Below, in pieces: positions 1 through 10,830 of a stretch of 47,288 nt of DNA. The notes beneath the pieces are model-generated. The model was given only the letters and a program-made list of their open reading frames with translations. It did not search any database and had not been told where the DNA came from. The stretch is from Octopus bimaculoides (taxonomy: Eukaryota): the NCBI RefSeq assembly GCF_001194135.2, contig NC_068984.1, forward strand, positions 60,502,465 through 60,549,752, written 5' to 3'. The stretch's first letter is position 1. The number at the start of each line of letters is the position of its first letter. The translations under genes were made by a program, and so were the position numbers.

Positions 1-345
1 CTCTCTTTCTCTCTCTGTGAAAGTATCTGTCACTACAGTATCGAAATGTGATTGTTTCAGTTTGTGGAATAGTTTCATTTTTAAAGTAGTTTCATTTTTA
101 AAGTATTTGACATGAGTGTTTTTGTTTCACTTTTGACACGTAATACTTAAATAGTGGAGGAGATATTATGTTGCCGTGTGCTCGAACTCTGCAAGAAGTT
201 AATAATTTTTTTTTACTAAAACACAACTGGAACCCTAAGTAAGGCATGTGTAAAATTTGAATGAAATTGGTTGCGTAGTTCTCGAGTTTTAGGGATTCAC
301 ACAGACAGACAGACAGACACACATTCTCATTTTCATATATATATT
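1..345 (+). mobile_element. 3' part of a non-autonomous Helitron/Helentron-associated (HINE/DINE-1/Lep1-like) element
   Basis: tgtaaaatttgaatgaaattggttgcgtagttctcgag...(acag)n...ttcatatatatat resembles the typical 3' block of HINE/Lep1-type elements; it is followed by actagctttttgacctg...cgggg, resembling the 5' start of another copy. Pattern recall only. Confidence 0.45.
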
Positions 346-942
346 TACTAGCTTTTTGACCTGATTTCATTCGGGGCTATTCTCAAACTGCCACATTTAA
401 ATAAAATGAAAAGTCTTTAAAAATAATGGAAAGTTTATTAAAAAATTGATTGAAAAAAGGCAGGTATGCAAATGGATAATACAGTCTCCCAAAAAGCGAT
501 TACTCACACCCAACTCAATTTCGCAGAATCAGTGTCGTGACATGAACACATGATTCGGGAGTTTGACTGGCTGAAGCGATCAGGTTGCACATGCCAGTCC
601 TTTTGATACTACCCCCTCCCATTTTTTCCAATCCTAAAATATAAAATGCAAACTGAATGGTTTGGAAAAATGGGAAAGGAAAAATTTAATGGAAAACTTA
701 CTCAGGATAATGGGAGGGTGGTGCATAGACATCCAGTGTTCAATAAGAAGAGCGAGTTGTGCAGTGAGAGGGTGGTATGTGATTTTAAGGTGACCGTGAC
801 CGAAAAAGAAAAAAATTATTAAATATGGATGAAGAGTTGTCTTCATCAAAATAAAAACACATAGCTTACAATTGCATTTGAAAAGACGCAACCATTGAAA
901 AAGCAATATAGATGGCATGACATGATGGGGGCCATGTCAAGT

Positions 943-988
<46 letters not shown>

Positions 989-989
989 G

Positions 990-2040
990 TTAAGTGGACT
1001 GAAGAAGACATAGATTGCGAACATTAGGATGGGTTGCGTGGAGCATCGTTTGAAGTCCTTCAGTAATGTTGTTCTCAATAGCAGTTTTGTTTCTAAATCT
1101 GTGAGAAAGTTCTTCATCATTTCCCCCCATGAAGAATACCTGCATGAAATGGGGCTCTTCTCGAAGTTGTGGCTGAAGGCTTCCAATAAGTTGGTAGCAT
1201 TGACCTCATATTTTGTAGGTGTAAAAATTTTCGTTTTGTACTGAGTTGTTGTTTCACAAGGGACTGGTAACATCAGAGTTGTCGGTGTTTGTTTTTGAAT
1301 TTCTACCATCCCTGACACCGAAAGATGTCATGGTGAAGCAAATGTTGAACTTCCATATGTTTTTGCAGAAATGCTTTGTGTAGGTAGAGTTACTGATGAG
1401 AAGATCATGAAGAATTTCGGGAGGATCAGCTAGCACTGGAAGTTAAACTTTGTCACCAGAACAGCAAAGACCAGGAGCTTCACCAACCCACTTCTTGGTG
1501 GCTCCACAGAACCTGCACACCTTTTCCATCTTGCCAATATTAATATCGTGGTGATTGGAGTAGTCAAAGTCGAGGCTATAATTGAAGCCAACATTAAACC
1601 AAAGAGGATCCCTTGCAGTAGCTTGACGTTCTTGGTGTGTTCCTCATCTTGTAGCCAGTCTAACTTGTCTTTCTTCTGCAGTTTCATTAAAGATTGGTTG
1701 TTGTTGACTGTGCTGGGCAGAAAGACGGGCCTCTCTTGCAGCTGGGGTTTCAATCACACGTGCAAGTTGGTTTCTATCATGCTGGGCTGAAAGATAGGCT
1801 TCTATTACATCTGGGGTCTCCCTCATCCTTGAGCGCTGGTCTCTATCACACTGAGCTGAAAGACGGTACTCCCTTGCAGCTGGAGTCTCCCTCATGCATG
1901 AGCGTTGGCACTGAATGTGCCGGGTAGAGAGGCGAGCTTCCATTGTTTCAGGATTTTTATCTAGATGTGAGTTGCTGGAGTTATTTCGCTGATCAGCAAG
2001 AACTTCCCTTGCTTCTAGAGTCTCTGACAGAAGAAACACT
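990..2040 (-). pseudogene. Degenerate Helitron RepHel protein, N-terminal region (charged repeats, Cys-rich motif, following conserved block)
   Basis: Manual translation gives (ETPAAREARLSAQ)-type repeats, then FNYSLDFDYSNHHDINIGKMEKVCRFCGATKKWVGEAPGLCCSGDKV*LPVLADPPEILHDLL...KHFCKNIWKFNICFTMTSFG, then FTPT..GQCYQLIGSLQPQLREEPHFMQVFFMGG...LQTMLHATHP. These match the canonical Helitron motifs CxxC..W..E..CC..GKV.LP.L..PP, YN..F.MTSFG and GQ.YH.IGSL.P. Stops and frameshifts present; ends at (GA)n 945-986. Confidence 0.9.
1725..1960 (-). repeat. About 69-bp (23-aa) coding tandem repeat within the Helitron N-terminus
   Basis: Units such as RETPAAREYRLSAQCDRDQRSRM / RETPDVIEAYLSAQHDRNQLARV / IETPAAREARLSAQHSQQ in ORF 1644..2039. 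Confidence 0.8.
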
Positions 2041-2531
2041 TGATCAGAAGGAGAGGTAGCCTAATTAGGGCAAAAGTAGAAATGACTGACATAGTAAAAA
2101 TTTTAAAAGTAGAAAAAATTATATTTTTGGGGTCCAACAATTTTCACCAAAAATTGATGAACTATTAAACAGAAGAGCCTGTAGAATATGCATGTGTGCT
2201 TTTTATTAAAATTGCCCACAAAACACGACTGCCACAACTTGCAGAATTGATCAAAAATGGGTTTTATTGTCCTAGTAATCACAGCTTTTGAGATGGTTGT
2301 TTCTAACCTAGTCCAATCGCTTCTTCGCCTCATTTTACATGTCCCTGTAAATTTTTGCCACAATCTGAGCACACCTACTGGTATTGAACCTGGCATAACC
2401 ACTAAATGAGACACACAAACATACAACTTTTGGCCGTTTCACTTTTATATATAGAGTTAAATGATAGAAAGTTGAATGAATGATATTTCTTTTTTAAAAT
2501 CACTACAATTATTTCGACACATTTTTACACC

Positions 2532-2556
2532 TGTTCGTTCCAGTCTGGAACGAACA
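2532..2556. other. Palindrome with 12-bp arms and 1-nt centre
   Basis: tgttcgttccag-t-ctggaacgaaca; arms are exact reverse complements. Confidence 0.9.
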
Positions 2557-2807
2557 CGACACAATGAAGTAGAGAAATTTGAAAAGACAATACGAAACCG
2601 GTTATTTCTCAAAATACAATGTTTATATACCAAAAAGATTTTATAACATTTTTCTAACATTTTTCTAACATTTTTCTGACATAATTTAAATATATACTTT
2701 AACCATGTAACACAAGCCTTCTGTAGTTTTTTCACTCTTATTATCTTTTATACATCCAACCATGTGCTTTCACATACCAACTTTCTCACATATATATATA
2801 TATATAT

Positions 2808-3716
2808 NNNNNNNNNNNNNNNNNNNNNNNNNNNNNNNNNNNNNNNNNNNNNNNNNNNNNNNNNNNNNNNNNNNNNNNNNNNNNNNNNNNNNNNNNNNNN
2901 NNNNNNNNNNNNNNNNNNNNNNNNNNNNNNNNNNNNNNNNNNNNNNNNNNNNNNNNNNNNNNNNNNNNNNNNNNNNNNNNNNNNNNNNNNNNNNNNNNNN
3001 NNNNNNNNNNNNNNNNNNNNNNNNNNNNNNNNNNNNNNNNNNNNNNNNNNNNNNNNNNNNNNNNNNNNNNNNNNNNNNNNNNNNNNNNNNNNNNNNNNNN
3101 NNNNNNNNNNNNNNNNNNNNNNNNNNNNNNNNNNNNNNNNNNNNNNNNNNNNNNNNNNNNNNNNNNNNNNNNNNNNNNNNNNNNNNNNNNNNNNNNNNNN
3201 NNNNNNNNNNNNNNNNNNNNNNNNNNNNNNNNNNNNNNNNNNNNNNNNNNNNNNNNNNNNNNNNNNNNNNNNNNNNNNNNNNNNNNNNNNNNNNNNNNNN
3301 NNNNNNNNNNNNNNNNNNNNNNNNNNNNNNNNNNNNNNNNNNNNNNNNNNNNNNNNNNNNNNNNNNNNNNNNNNNNNNNNNNNNNNNNNNNNNNNNNNNN
3401 NNNNNNNNNNNNNNNNNNNNNNNNNNNNNNNNNNNNNNNNNNNNNNNNNNNNNNNNNNNNNNNNNNNNNNNNNNNNNNNNNNNNNNNNNNNNNNNNNNNN
3501 NNNNNNNNNNNNNNNNNNNNNNNNNNNNNNNNNNNNNNNNNNNNNNNNNNNNNNNNNNNNNNNNNNNNNNNNNNNNNNNNNNNNNNNNNNNNNNNNNNNN
3601 NNNNNNNNNNNNNNNNNNNNNNNNNNNNNNNNNNNNNNNNNNNNNNNNNNNNNNNNNNNNNNNNNNNNNNNNNNNNNNNNNNNNNNNNNNNNNNNNNNNN
3701 NNNNNNNNNNNNNNNN
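2808..3716. other. Assembly gap (one of 10 N runs, about 3.7 kb total)
   Basis: N run flanked by (TA)n; the other gaps are listed in the summary. Confidence 0.99.
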
Positions 3717-3772
3717 GTTCATGAACTCATCGTTTTCATGAACTATGAAATATGAACATATTTCATGAACTA

Positions 3773-3906
3773 TGGTTCTTTTCCCTAAAACTATATATTT
3801 ATATATATATATTTTATTCTGTGAAACTTAATTTAATTTTGGTTTTTAATAAATTGATTTTAATTGAGTTTTTATCTGTAATTTTAGATTTTATCCCTAA
3901 TATTAT
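3773..3906 (+). repeat. About 135-bp sequence duplicated at 34698-35002 (this copy has no insertion)
   Basis: tggttcttttccctaaaactatatattt...ctgtgaaacttaatttaatt...ttatccctaatatta is nearly identical in both places. Confidence 0.9.
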
Positions 3907-3931
3907 TATTATACACACACACACACACACA

Positions 3932-3963
<32 letters not shown>

Positions 3964-4179
3964 TACACACACACATATATCTATTTATATATACATATGT
4001 ATATGCTTCTTACTAATATTCTTCCTTTTTTTTTTTACTGTTTATGTCAATATTAATATATATTGGGTTGAAAGTCTAACCCACATACATTGGTGTATGT
4101 ATATTTTTACTTATACATACATGTGTATGTTTATAAAAACACTCACACACATGTATCCATCTATATACATACATACATG

Positions 4180-4246
<67 letters not shown>

Positions 4247-4499
4247 TTTTTTTCATATATTCTTATTATCATAGAGTCAGGAAAGATGGTACAATAAAGT
4301 AAAATGAAATAAATATGCATAAATGTATTCATATGCACTCATGTATAGTATTCTCATATACATGCTATTTCTAAAGACAGATATAAAAGAAAGTAAAATA
4401 AAAAATACATCCATATTTGTATATGCACATATATACACTTCTCTCATACAATGTGTTTATAAAAAACAGAAATAGATTATACAATACAATGAAGTTAAA

Positions 4500-5516
4500 C
4501 AAAACAAAATATAATGTAACATGCAAACATAATATACAACTGTATGAAGGCATTCATTTCCCAAAGGACATGCGTACCTATCCTTACAATTGCAATTCTT
4601 TACCACACTGTTCTTTATTTGTTTGCAACCAGTCTTTCTTCTATTTCTGATTTTTTCCTTTATTGTTTCTATGGTTATTATTAGTGTTCTTCATATAACC
4701 TTTATTACTATCCTTGTGGCTGCTTCCAGTACTACTATTATTGAAATTTTCAGTATCAGTTGTTATTTATATCAGTTTTGCCATCACTATATTATTATTT
4801 TTATCAGAATTATTTGGACAGGCTTGATTACTTTCTTCTTTGCTATTGCATTTCTTATTCGAAGAATTATTTCTACCTTTATCCCTAGTAATGGTATTAG
4901 CGATCCTCTGATTTATCTGCCTATTATTGAGTTTATGAATATATTTTAAGTTATTAGATGTTGTGTATGATAATTTCATTGTATGTCTGTTAAAAATCTT
5001 GTGGTATCTATTAGATTTAGGAAAATGCCCATCCAATGCAGCAAAGAAATATCTAGTAATCTAGGATGATACATGTAATCTGATAATTGGATTATCCCAC
5101 AAAACATTGCATTATTATTAGGTATGCATTTGATTTTCTCAATATAACCAGACCTAGCTAATACTACATTTTAATAATGTGTATGTAAGTTATATATCAT
5201 TTCATTTGCCAAAAGTTCAGATATTCAATTGGATATTATTGTTCACAATTCCTTTTATGATTCCTTTTATGATAGAGGGTTGGTGGCTGGATTTTCTGTT
5301 GACATACCTTTGATTTTCTTTCAGTTTAACGTATGGTTCAAATAATTTGACATCCAGACTAAAAGCTGTATCAACAAAATTTACATTACATTAATAATTT
5401 TCTATAGAAACAGATAGTTTGGAATTTCTGAAGAATTTAAATAGTCATTTTTTAGATCTCTCTGTTTCTACTTTACTACACTTATCTAATATGGAAAGAG
5501 CATCATGCCTATAGAC
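4500..5516 (-). pseudogene. Degenerate Penelope-like element RT core, thumb and Cys-rich linker (tentatively Hydra-type)
   Basis: GVYRHDALSIL (YRDD site), NFVDTAFSL...FEPYVK...YVNRKSSHQPSIIK, NVLWDNP (WFNPP-like), LDGHFPKSNRYHKIFNRHTMKLSY, an Asn-rich spacer, then KNCNCKDRYACPLGNECLHTVVY (CxCx5C). Several stops and frameshifts. Confidence 0.88.
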
Positions 5517-5559
5517 CCCCCCCCCACATACTTAGGGAACCAGGACTTCATCTGAAAGC

Positions 5560-6150
5560 TAACATTTCAAAGTCCTTCATGCAAAAGTTGACAGGAATGA
5601 AATTGTAGAGACAGAGAGAGCAGGGTTTTACATCTATTATGCTAGAGAAACTGGCTGTGGCTGATGAGGAATGAATAACTGCAGAAACTTCATACATGAC
5701 AACAGGAATTGGGAGGAGAGAGCAAAAGGGTGAGAGAGGTAAAAGGAAAGAGGAATGGCATGAAGAGAAGAAGCTGGCGAAGGCAAGGGTGAGGTGAGTG
5801 AGAACATTGATGTCAGAAGGGTGTTGAAGAAAAAGGATGGTCTACTGAGCTAAGAGTAAGTGTAGGAGTTGAAGGAAAAGCAACACCTGTTGGTTACATA
5901 CCAAGTTTGAATATGTAATGTTGTTCCCTCCTTCCTTGAGCATGCAGGTTCATGGTATACAGAGATGCCACACACTGATGAGCGAGTGATGTAATGGCTT
6001 GTTGTGTTTAAGTGAATGGCAACAGGTTGGCCTGACAACCTCCTCAAACCTATAATATCTCAAATAAATATTCCTACACATTAGTTTGCCAAAGAAATAG
6101 GCAGCATTATCAAAGAATACACACAGGAGAAATCTAGTATAAGACCAACT
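5560..6150 (-). mobile_element. PLE 3' fragment: GIY-YIG C-terminus plus pyrimidine-rich 3'UTR (Neptune/Poseidon-like style)
   Basis: Minus strand gives SGQPVAIHLNTTSHYITRSSVCGIS and, shifted, REQHYIFKLGM*PTG, resembling the PLE consensus PVAxHFNxxxH...VCG...EQHLIFRLGTLxPxG. Confidence 0.7.
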
Positions 6151-6154
6151 GAAT

Positions 6155-6407
6155 AATTGAACATTTATGGTGCATTTTGGAGTAGTGGTTCTACCACTTC
6201 TCTCCACCATCATTGCTGAAGGAGGCAAAGCAGGTTTTATGTGAAGAATGCTGCAAAATTCCCCTAACAACCATTCAGAACCTGTTTGAATCAATTTCTT
6301 TGCATATCAAAGCTATGATTGGCACCAGAAGTGGACCAACTAATTCTCTATTAAATAATAATTTTTTTCATTTAACAAGGTGTTTCCATTGTTTCATCCA
6401 ATCCCTG
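6155..6407 (+). mobile_element. Tc1-like transposon 3' fragment with right TIR
   Basis: IIEHLWCIL, KQVLCEECCKIPLTTIQNLFESISLHIKAMIGTRSGPT; ends ggtgtttccattgtttcatccaatccctg followed by TA. Homologous to 10336-10605. Confidence 0.85.
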
Positions 6408-6409
6408 TA

Positions 6410-6680
6410 TGTACATATATGTGTACACAGACACACACACAATGTGTGTGTTTGTGTATGTGTGTTTGTGTGTGCATGCACCTTCATGTTTGTGTTTGTC
6501 TTTTGCTGCTTGACAAGAAGTGTTAATTTGTTTACAGCTCAGTAACAGTAACTTAGTGGTTTAACAAAAAGAAACCATTCTAATATAATAGACTTAATAA
6601 ATATTGTGTTTGATTTAATTGACTAAAACTCTCTAAATGCAGTGTTCCAGCATGGTCACAACCCAGTGAAACGAATAAGT
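6410..6680 (+). mobile_element. 3' half of SINE family A (diverged)
   Basis: (TG)n then ctgcttgacaa...gtaacttagtggttt...ttgactaaa...ccagcatggtcaca, matching the tail of 44064-44446. Confidence 0.7.
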
Positions 6681-6819
6681 GAATATCTTACTTAGAAATA
6701 TATATGTATATTTGTGTATGTTTATATGTATGCATGTTATAAATAAATTTATATGTACTATATTATATATATGTACATACACATGTATATGCACATCTGT
6801 GTGTGTATTTCTGTGTGCA

Positions 6820-6881
<62 letters not shown>

Positions 6882-7355
6882 TATTTATGGACAGAAATGT
6901 ATGTATATCTTTATATAGAAACACTAACCCATTCCCTAATACAGATGAACCAAGTGAATGCTTTTAATAACAATGGCTATTGAGTATATTCTATTTAAAT
7001 TATAGAATTTATACTCCCCTAAGGTCCTGACTGAAGCTTGCAATATTCATGGCATTTGAATGTAGATTCTTATGAATGAGATTCACTCTATAATAAATAT
7101 AAATTCTACAGCTTGTTAACAGACTCAGTCAGTTCAACAAAGAGCTCTAGCCATCTTTACCAACTATTTATATTCTGGAGAAGAAAGTTCCAGCAATATT
7201 TTCTCAAGGTAAAAAGAAAGCATGATTATGTGTACGTGCATATATACATTTCTACATGCTCACACAGGCATATACACACTCATATAAATAATATATATAC
7301 CTTTGTATTCACGTTCATAGATATAAATAATATATGTTCCTTTATATTTATGTTC

Positions 7356-7416
<61 letters not shown>

Positions 7417-7517
7417 CACATACACCTACATATATATGCTCAATTTATACATACACTTATACACTGTCCCTATATAAAATTATATCCATACACATGTCCA
7501 TATACTTTACACACACA

Positions 7518-7556
<39 letters not shown>

Positions 7557-7900
7557 GTATGTACGTATGTATGTAGATATGTATGTATGTATGTATCTTT
7601 GTGTACATACATTCAGACATGTCCATCCAATCAACCATGCATCAAATCAAAATTTATATGTGTGTTTGTATGTATGTCTTTCTCGCTTTTTATACACATG
7701 CACACATGTGCATGCGTGCACACACCCACACATATGTGTGTATGTATGTGCATAATCAGTGCATACATTCCTACATAATAATTTTGGACAACCATATTTA
7801 CTTATAGACATACATCACAAATGTGTCACTAACATTGTGTAAGGTTGTGTATGTGTATTTGTGTATATACATATGCACACACATACATATCTACACATAA

Positions 7901-7933
<33 letters not shown>

Positions 7934-8445
7934 CACACGCTCACACATACACACATACGTACTTCTTTCTTCTGAAAAGTTGTGCAGCATATTATTAAAA
8001 GTTTGATATGGTTTATTCTTCGAAAGTCTTTTCTTGCTGTTAAAGTCTCATTATTATATATTTAGTCAGATTCAGAAAGGAGATGTCCGCACTGCATGTA
8101 TTTTAGTTTTTAAAATGGAAACAGTATTTGGCAATAAAACTGCAAAGACACGAATAACGAATAACGCAATGTCCTGAGGTGGTCTAGGAGAGACATTTAT
8201 TAAATGTTTGATATGAGTTATCTTTAAGCCTTCAATGCCAGTTAAAGTCATAATTTGTTATATATTTAAAACTGGCCAAAGATTACCAGTTTGTACTTTG
8301 ACAGCTACAACGGTCAGACAATTTGGCCTGTGGGATAGACTGCAGATATATTTCATTGTTTCTGACCAAAATTATTTGCTGGCTTTTTTTAATAATCACA
8401 CTAGTGGTAGTAGTAGTAGTAGCAGCCGTCATTGTCGTCGTCATC

Positions 8446-8446
<1 letters not shown>

Positions 8447-8502
<56 letters not shown>
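8447..8502. repeat. (AGT)n microsatellite
   Basis: Direct inspection; source of the poly-Ser/Val/Thr pseudo-ORFs. Confidence 0.95.
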
Positions 8503-8899
8503 ATTGTGATGATGAATACAGTGATTACTGTTGTCATTGTCTTCTTAACATCCACTTTCCTATCCTTGCATGGTTCAGATGGAGTTCATTGAAGTGGATT
8601 CTCTACAGCTGGATGCTCTTTCTGTTGCCGACCTTCACTTGTTTGAAAGCAAAATGATATTTGCCCAAGACCAGTCATGTTTCTGCAGAAGATAGGAAAT
8701 GAAGTGAATAATGCTGCTTGTGTGACAGGGAAACTCATATACAACTAACACATGTTGTCAAGACAATGAGACACAAGCATGCATACACACACACACACAT
8801 ACACACACACAAACAACATACACATATTAGACAGGCTTCCACACAGTTTCTGTCTAGAAAATTGATTCTTAAGAAATTGATCTGCTGGTGCTATTGTTG

Positions 8900-9290
8900 A
8901 AAACACTGTGCCATGCAGTGGGATTGAACTCAAAACTGCATGGTTGCAAACTGAGCTTCATAACCACACAGCCATGCCTGTGCCTGTATAGAGGACCCCC
9001 TTCAGTCATGAACGACCATGAGATTGCACCTAGAAAATTACCCTTTGAGGCACAAGTCTAAGCAAAGTTGTTTATGGAGGATCAGCAGTCACCCATGCAT
9101 GCCAGCCTCCCCTTTCCATGCCACCAATGTTATCCCAGGGAAAGGCAAAGGCCGATACAGCTTGGCACACCAGTGACATTGGAGCAACGTAAAATAAAGT
9201 GCCTTGATCAAGAACACAACACAGCCCAGTCTGGGAATTGAACTCACTACCTCATGGTTGTGAGCCTGGCATTCTAACCATTGAGCCACA
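8900..9290 (-). mobile_element. Two adjacent tRNA-derived SINE pieces (family A head 8900-8988; another family 8990-9290)
   Basis: Reverse complement shows A/B-box-like heads tggctgtgtggtta...gagttcaatccc and tggctcaatggttaga...gagttcaattccc. Confidence 0.75.
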
Positions 9291-9662
9291 CACACACACA
9301 TCATAGCATCATATATCATCATAGTATTATTAGCCCTACATGTTTAGATATATTTAGGTGCACATAACTTTGAATAATCATAGTCGTTCGTTATTATAAT
9401 GAATATATATAACAATTATGTTGTCTTTATGAAGATATAACTGAATACTAAATCTATTAGACTTAACAATTATCTCTACATTCTTGAGGTTTTTTCTTTA
9501 CAGTGAAACCACAGAGTTCTATCTGGTATTATTAATAAATTATAATGAGAAGAAAAATCATTAACAGTAGTAGAAATTATTCTTCAAAAATAGCAAGGGA
9601 CAGAACTTCCAAAATTTCAATTGATCAAATATTAAATGTGAATATACACTAAGATATCCACA

Positions 9663-9830
9663 TAGGTGCAGGTGTGGCTGTGTGGTAAGAAATTTGCTTC
9701 TCAATCACATGATTTTGGGTTCAGTTCCAGTGTTGCACCTTGGGCAAGTCTCTACTACTTTAGCCTCAGGCTGATGAAAGCCTTGTGAGTGGATTTGGTA
9801 GACAGAAACTGAAAGAAGCCCATCATGTAT
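9663..9830 (+). mobile_element. SINE family A 5' half (element interrupted; 3' half at 10608-10830)
   Basis: taggtgcaggtgtggctgtgtggtaag...gggttcagttcc...gaaactgaaagaagccc. Confidence 0.85.
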
Positions 9831-9869
9831 GTATGTATGTATGCATATATCTATCTATATATATATATG

Positions 9870-10035
9870 TATGGGGAGAATTCACAAAAAAAAAAACAAA
9901 AGATGAAGGTAGGTGGTGTAGAAAACAAACAGATGCATTAGTATAATGCTTAAGAAGTGAAAAAGTCTTTAACGTTTCAAGCCTACGCTCTTCCACAGAA
10001 AGGAACACAGAAAGAAACAAGAAGAGAAACACAGA
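9870..10035 (-). mobile_element. PLE pseudo-LTR fragment containing a minimal hammerhead-like motif
   Basis: Homologous to 35405-35545 and 16970-17110; reverse complement contains cttt-ctgtgga-a-gagc-gtag-gctt-gaaacgtt-aaag. Confidence 0.65.
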
Positions 10036-10037
10036 GA

Positions 10038-10605
10038 GAAGCATTTGACCTAGACTGCCTTCTTCCAACTGTTAAACATGGAGGGGGATCTGTGATGATC
10101 TGGTGGAGCTATATCTTGGAAATCCACCAGCCCAATGGTTTCTCTTCATGGCAGAATTAATAGTCAAGACTATTTAAGCGTTTTATCTGATCAGATTCAT
10201 CCTATGTTTGCGAAACTGTTTCCGGAGGGAAATACAATCTTCCAGGATGATAATGCACCAATTCACACAGCTAAAGTTGTTACTGAATGGCATGAGGAAC
10301 ATTCTAGTGAAGTTGAACATCTTATCTGGCCACCACAGTCCCCAGATCTCAATATTATTGAACATTTATGATGCATTTTAGAAAACAAGTAAGGAATCGA
10401 TATCATCCAGTATCATCACTACAAGAACTGGAGACTGTTTTAGCTGAAGAATGGACAAAAATTCCTTTGGAAACAATTCAAACTTTGTATGAGTCCATAC
10501 CTCATAGAATTCAAGCTGTAATTACTGCTAATGGCAATCATGCCACATATTGAAATAAATTTGTTTGAAATTTTAAGGTGTTTCCACTATTTTGTTCAAC
10601 CCCTG
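10038..10605 (+). pseudogene. Tc1/mariner transposase 3' half with DD36E spacing plus right TIR
   Basis: LLPTVKHGGGSVMIW; FQDDNAPIHTAKVVTEWHEEHSSEVEHLIWPPQSPDLNIIEHL (36 residues between D and E); LQELETVLAEEWTKIPLETIQTLYESIPHRIQAVITANG; TIR ggtgtttccactattttgttcaacccctg followed by TA (10606-10607). Confidence 0.93.
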
Positions 10606-10607
10606 TA

Positions 10608-10830
10608 TGTGTGTATGTCTTTCTGTCTGTGTTTGTCTCCCTCCACTGCTTGACAACCAGTGTTTGTGTGTTTTATGTCCTTGTAACTTAGTGGTTCAGC
10701 AAAAGGGACCGATAGAATAAGTACTAGGCTTAAAAAATAAGTCCTGGAATTGATTTGTTTGACTAAAATACTTCAAGGCAGTATTTGGCCCCAGCATGGC
10801 CAAAACAATTAAAAGATAAAAGATAAGGTA
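10608..10830 (+). mobile_element. SINE family A 3' half
   Basis: tgtttgtctccctccactgcttgacaacc...gtaacttagtggttcagcaaaag..gaccgatagaataagtactaggctt...aaaagataaaagata. Confidence 0.85.

Noticed and set aside
2748-3741. Long ORFs of 300+ aa (also near 15124, 21665, 24541, 27988, 29209, 32470, 33812)
   Set aside because: They run through N gaps and microsatellites; there is no real coding signal.
4590-4949. Hydrophobic 119-aa ORF resembling a membrane protein
   Set aside because: It is the antisense reading of the Asn/Lys-rich PLE linker.
8235-8657. Poly-Ser 140-aa ORF (similarly 42453-42662 and 46349-46698)
   Set aside because: Produced by (AGT)n, (GAT)n or TC-rich low-complexity DNA; flanking peptide not recognisable.
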